Assembly: GCA_012295275.1 (NCBI GenBank)
Contig: CM022670.1
Span: 15,748,001-15,812,000, forward strand
Length of the DNA: 64,000 bases
Direction: 5' to 3'
Origin: Chrysomallon squamiferum
Lineage: Eukaryota > Animalia > Mollusca
A program made the position numbers and the translations under genes. Positions 61,501-64,000 of this stretch are shown here, in pieces; the first letter of the stretch is position 1; the number at the start of each line of letters is the position of its first letter. The notes below the pieces were generated by a model that saw only the letters and a list, made by a program, of their open reading frames with translations, had not been told where the DNA came from and searched no databases.

Positions 61501-63545
61501 TCAATGAAAATAATGAAAATATTTACCTTTCAGACATTGTATGGTGTGTTTTTCTTACAACCAGATTTAAATTCTTTATAAGAATAACAATCGGATTTAA
61601 AATTCTTTATAAGAACATTAATTTCACCTCTGTGATATTTTGACTGGAACATGTAGAATGATACTGTTTTACATTATATTTTGTTTATTTTGAGGTACTT
61701 ACTCATTTTACTGAGTAAATGCTAAATAAAGATTAATATAATGAATTATTTTGTTCTGAACTATTTCTTGATCCATAGATCCATAGCTATGATTTATGAT
61801 ACAATATAGTCAGTAACTTGATTTCTCTGGAAAAACGATTCAAGATAATTAAAAAGGATAAAAAAAAAAGAAATGGTATGAGAAAACTATAAGATCTACT
61901 TAGAAACTTTAGATTTGTAATAAGTGTGTAGAAAACAACATTAAAATGATAAATATCAGGAACAGACAAGAAAAATTGAGCAATAAATAAGAAATCTGCA
62001 TATTCAAGTAAAAATCAGTATTAACCGTATATATACCTTGAAAGGAGTTATATTTTTGCATTTATCAATTTAAAAAGAGAAAGTAAAATGATATAGTTTT
62101 GATACAATGATTAAATTGTAAGTCTTTGTTAAGGATCCCTTACAGCTCATTGAAAAGAAGACCCTATTAAATGCTGCTAATTTTTTTCTTGATGTTAATA
62201 CAAAATCTACATATTTATCAGATATAAGCTTGAGATAACATGTTGTTCCAAATAAATTGATACTAGAATTTATTGTAATAATTGATAATTTATTTTCTGT
62301 ATTAATTTAAAAGAAATAACTTGTACGTTTTTTAATATTCATAATTTAATGAAACCAAGATTTTGTTATCTGAATTAATTCAGTTTATATAATATATAGA
62401 TATTCCTACATTTTAAAATTATTTATATACATTTATAACAATCTAAAAAAAATACCTAATATTTAGAGAAACAAAAATATGAATTAGTGCTCCACATTTA
62501 TATATTACTATATATATAATAATAATTATTAAGATAATCACACCATATTTATAATTCTTTATGACAAAGAATATTTCACTGTATATTCTAACTATATATG
62601 AACATATAATATACCCAGCCATTCTGCAACCAGTGCTACCTATACGTAACTTAGCTGATGGCATAGAATTGCAGGAATAGAATGGATTATTATTTTGAGC
62701 TGACACCTCTACAAATTGTATGGCTAATTTATGGATTTAACAAATTAATATAATTAGTTAATGGTGTTGATTTAGACAAAATGTAGTGTAGAGAATGAAT
62801 AAAGTGTTACAAAATATGTCAGTCATTCACTACAGATGCATATGCTTACTATGAAACATTGACACTGCCAATAATAATTCTTGCTTAGACACCTGATGAA
62901 AACCAGTCAGCAGAGTAGGATGTAGCATGTCAGACCATATCCATGTTGTAAACCAATTAAAGACGGAGAAATGTGTGTAATATCTCACATTGCATGGTTT
63001 TAACCGAAAACAAGAAAACTTTCAGCTCATTGGAAACTGAAGCAATAGTGATCCCTTTACAACAGTGAGGGATAGAAGATAGAAAGTGTGTATGTTGAAC
63101 CCATGAAAAATATTCTATTATTGTTCACCTACATAAAGAAAGCAACAAAATCCAAATCAAGAAAGAATACAACAGGGAAACACTGTAAGATCCAAGCCAT
63201 TTACAACAACACTGGGGAGAATATTTTGAAATCATAAGCTTGAGAATAGCTGGAAAATATATCAGACACATTCACAGGTGATGACATGCTCCTAATTGCA
63301 AATACATCCTAAAACTATGTCCAGTATGTCATAAAAAATTCAAAGTTGTCAGTCAAATAGTTCTAAAAAAAAATGAATTTTTTAATATTTAAATTATTTT
63401 GTGCCTGATGCACACAATTGCCATTTTGAAGCAAGATTGTCTCTGACAAAGCTCATTTGATAATATGTCATACTACGTGTTCCAAATATTCAGTGTAATA
63501 TTTGTCCGCTATTAGAGTGTAATAATACTTTTTTTTTTCTTTTTT

Positions 63546-63576
<31 letters not shown>

Positions 63577-63867
63577 TAATAATATAATTTACACATCAAT
63601 ATACCACTAATAATAACAATCTTGTTTGTTTTTTGGTTGTTTTCCTTTATTTATTTACTTAATATTATCATAATTATGCAGTTTAAATATATAGGATAAA
63701 TTAGGTAACAATGATGTGGGCACACGCTAAAATGTATCAACATTATTTTAAAACAGAATTTAAAATATCAGCAAGATTTCGAAAGTATATTCATCTCTCA
63801 AATTATAGTATCATGATCAATAATCATGAAAATAGTCAATTACTGCATTTATTATTTTTTCAGCTTC

Positions 63868-63909
<42 letters not shown>

Positions 63910-64000
63910 TGATACGAGGAAATGATTAAGGCTTCCATAATTTATAATAATAACTAAAATTTCACTAAAATTCCATGAATAACATGTCAGATTTCATAGG
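56675..64000 (+). repeat. Second copy of an approximately 10-kb segmental duplication unit (first copy about 46185-56675)
   Basis: Both units start with AAGACAGAATCAGTAGAAATTCTGTAACGATTATGGG (about 46190 and about 56678). 61700-64000 is a close copy of 51870-54140; the ORF-track peptides at 52567-52839 and 62443-62706 are near-identical. Confidence 0.9.
57121..59918 (+). CDS. MMACHC: MMACHC/CblC-like protein, divergent copy 4 (249 aa, intact)
   Basis: Exons 57121-57201, 58607-58801, 59171-59335, 59610-59918; all junctions GT-AG and in phase. Confidence 0.92.

Overview
AT-rich, intron-dense, microsatellite-rich animal genomic DNA, probably an invertebrate (mollusc-like or other spiralian; this is inference). 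Gene order: the 3' part of glycine decarboxylase GLDC (+, 134-8991); a complete AMPK catalytic alpha-subunit gene (+, 12713-22519); a convergent SLC17/PHT4-like anion transporter (-, 28042-33003); and a tandem array of MMACHC/CblC vitamin-B12-processing genes. The array has one inverted pseudogene, three divergent copies (one frameshifted) and one canonical copy, and a further canonical copy probably starts just past the window end. Main oddities: (1) the divergent MMACHC paralogs have lost glutathione-pocket and RRP-loop residues but two keep intact ORFs; (2) a GLDC intron holds a decayed, virus-like multi-ORF element with dual-frame coding and a terminal hairpin; (3) AMPK-alpha has duplicated, mutually exclusive kinase-domain exons; (4) AMPK exon 3 has no in-phase canonical donor at the conserved junction, and the next strong donor lies past an in-frame TAA; (5) a probable decayed TIR/TLR-like gene lies between GLDC and AMPK. 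All exon coordinates were read by hand from GT-AG boundaries and reading frame; no database search was run.
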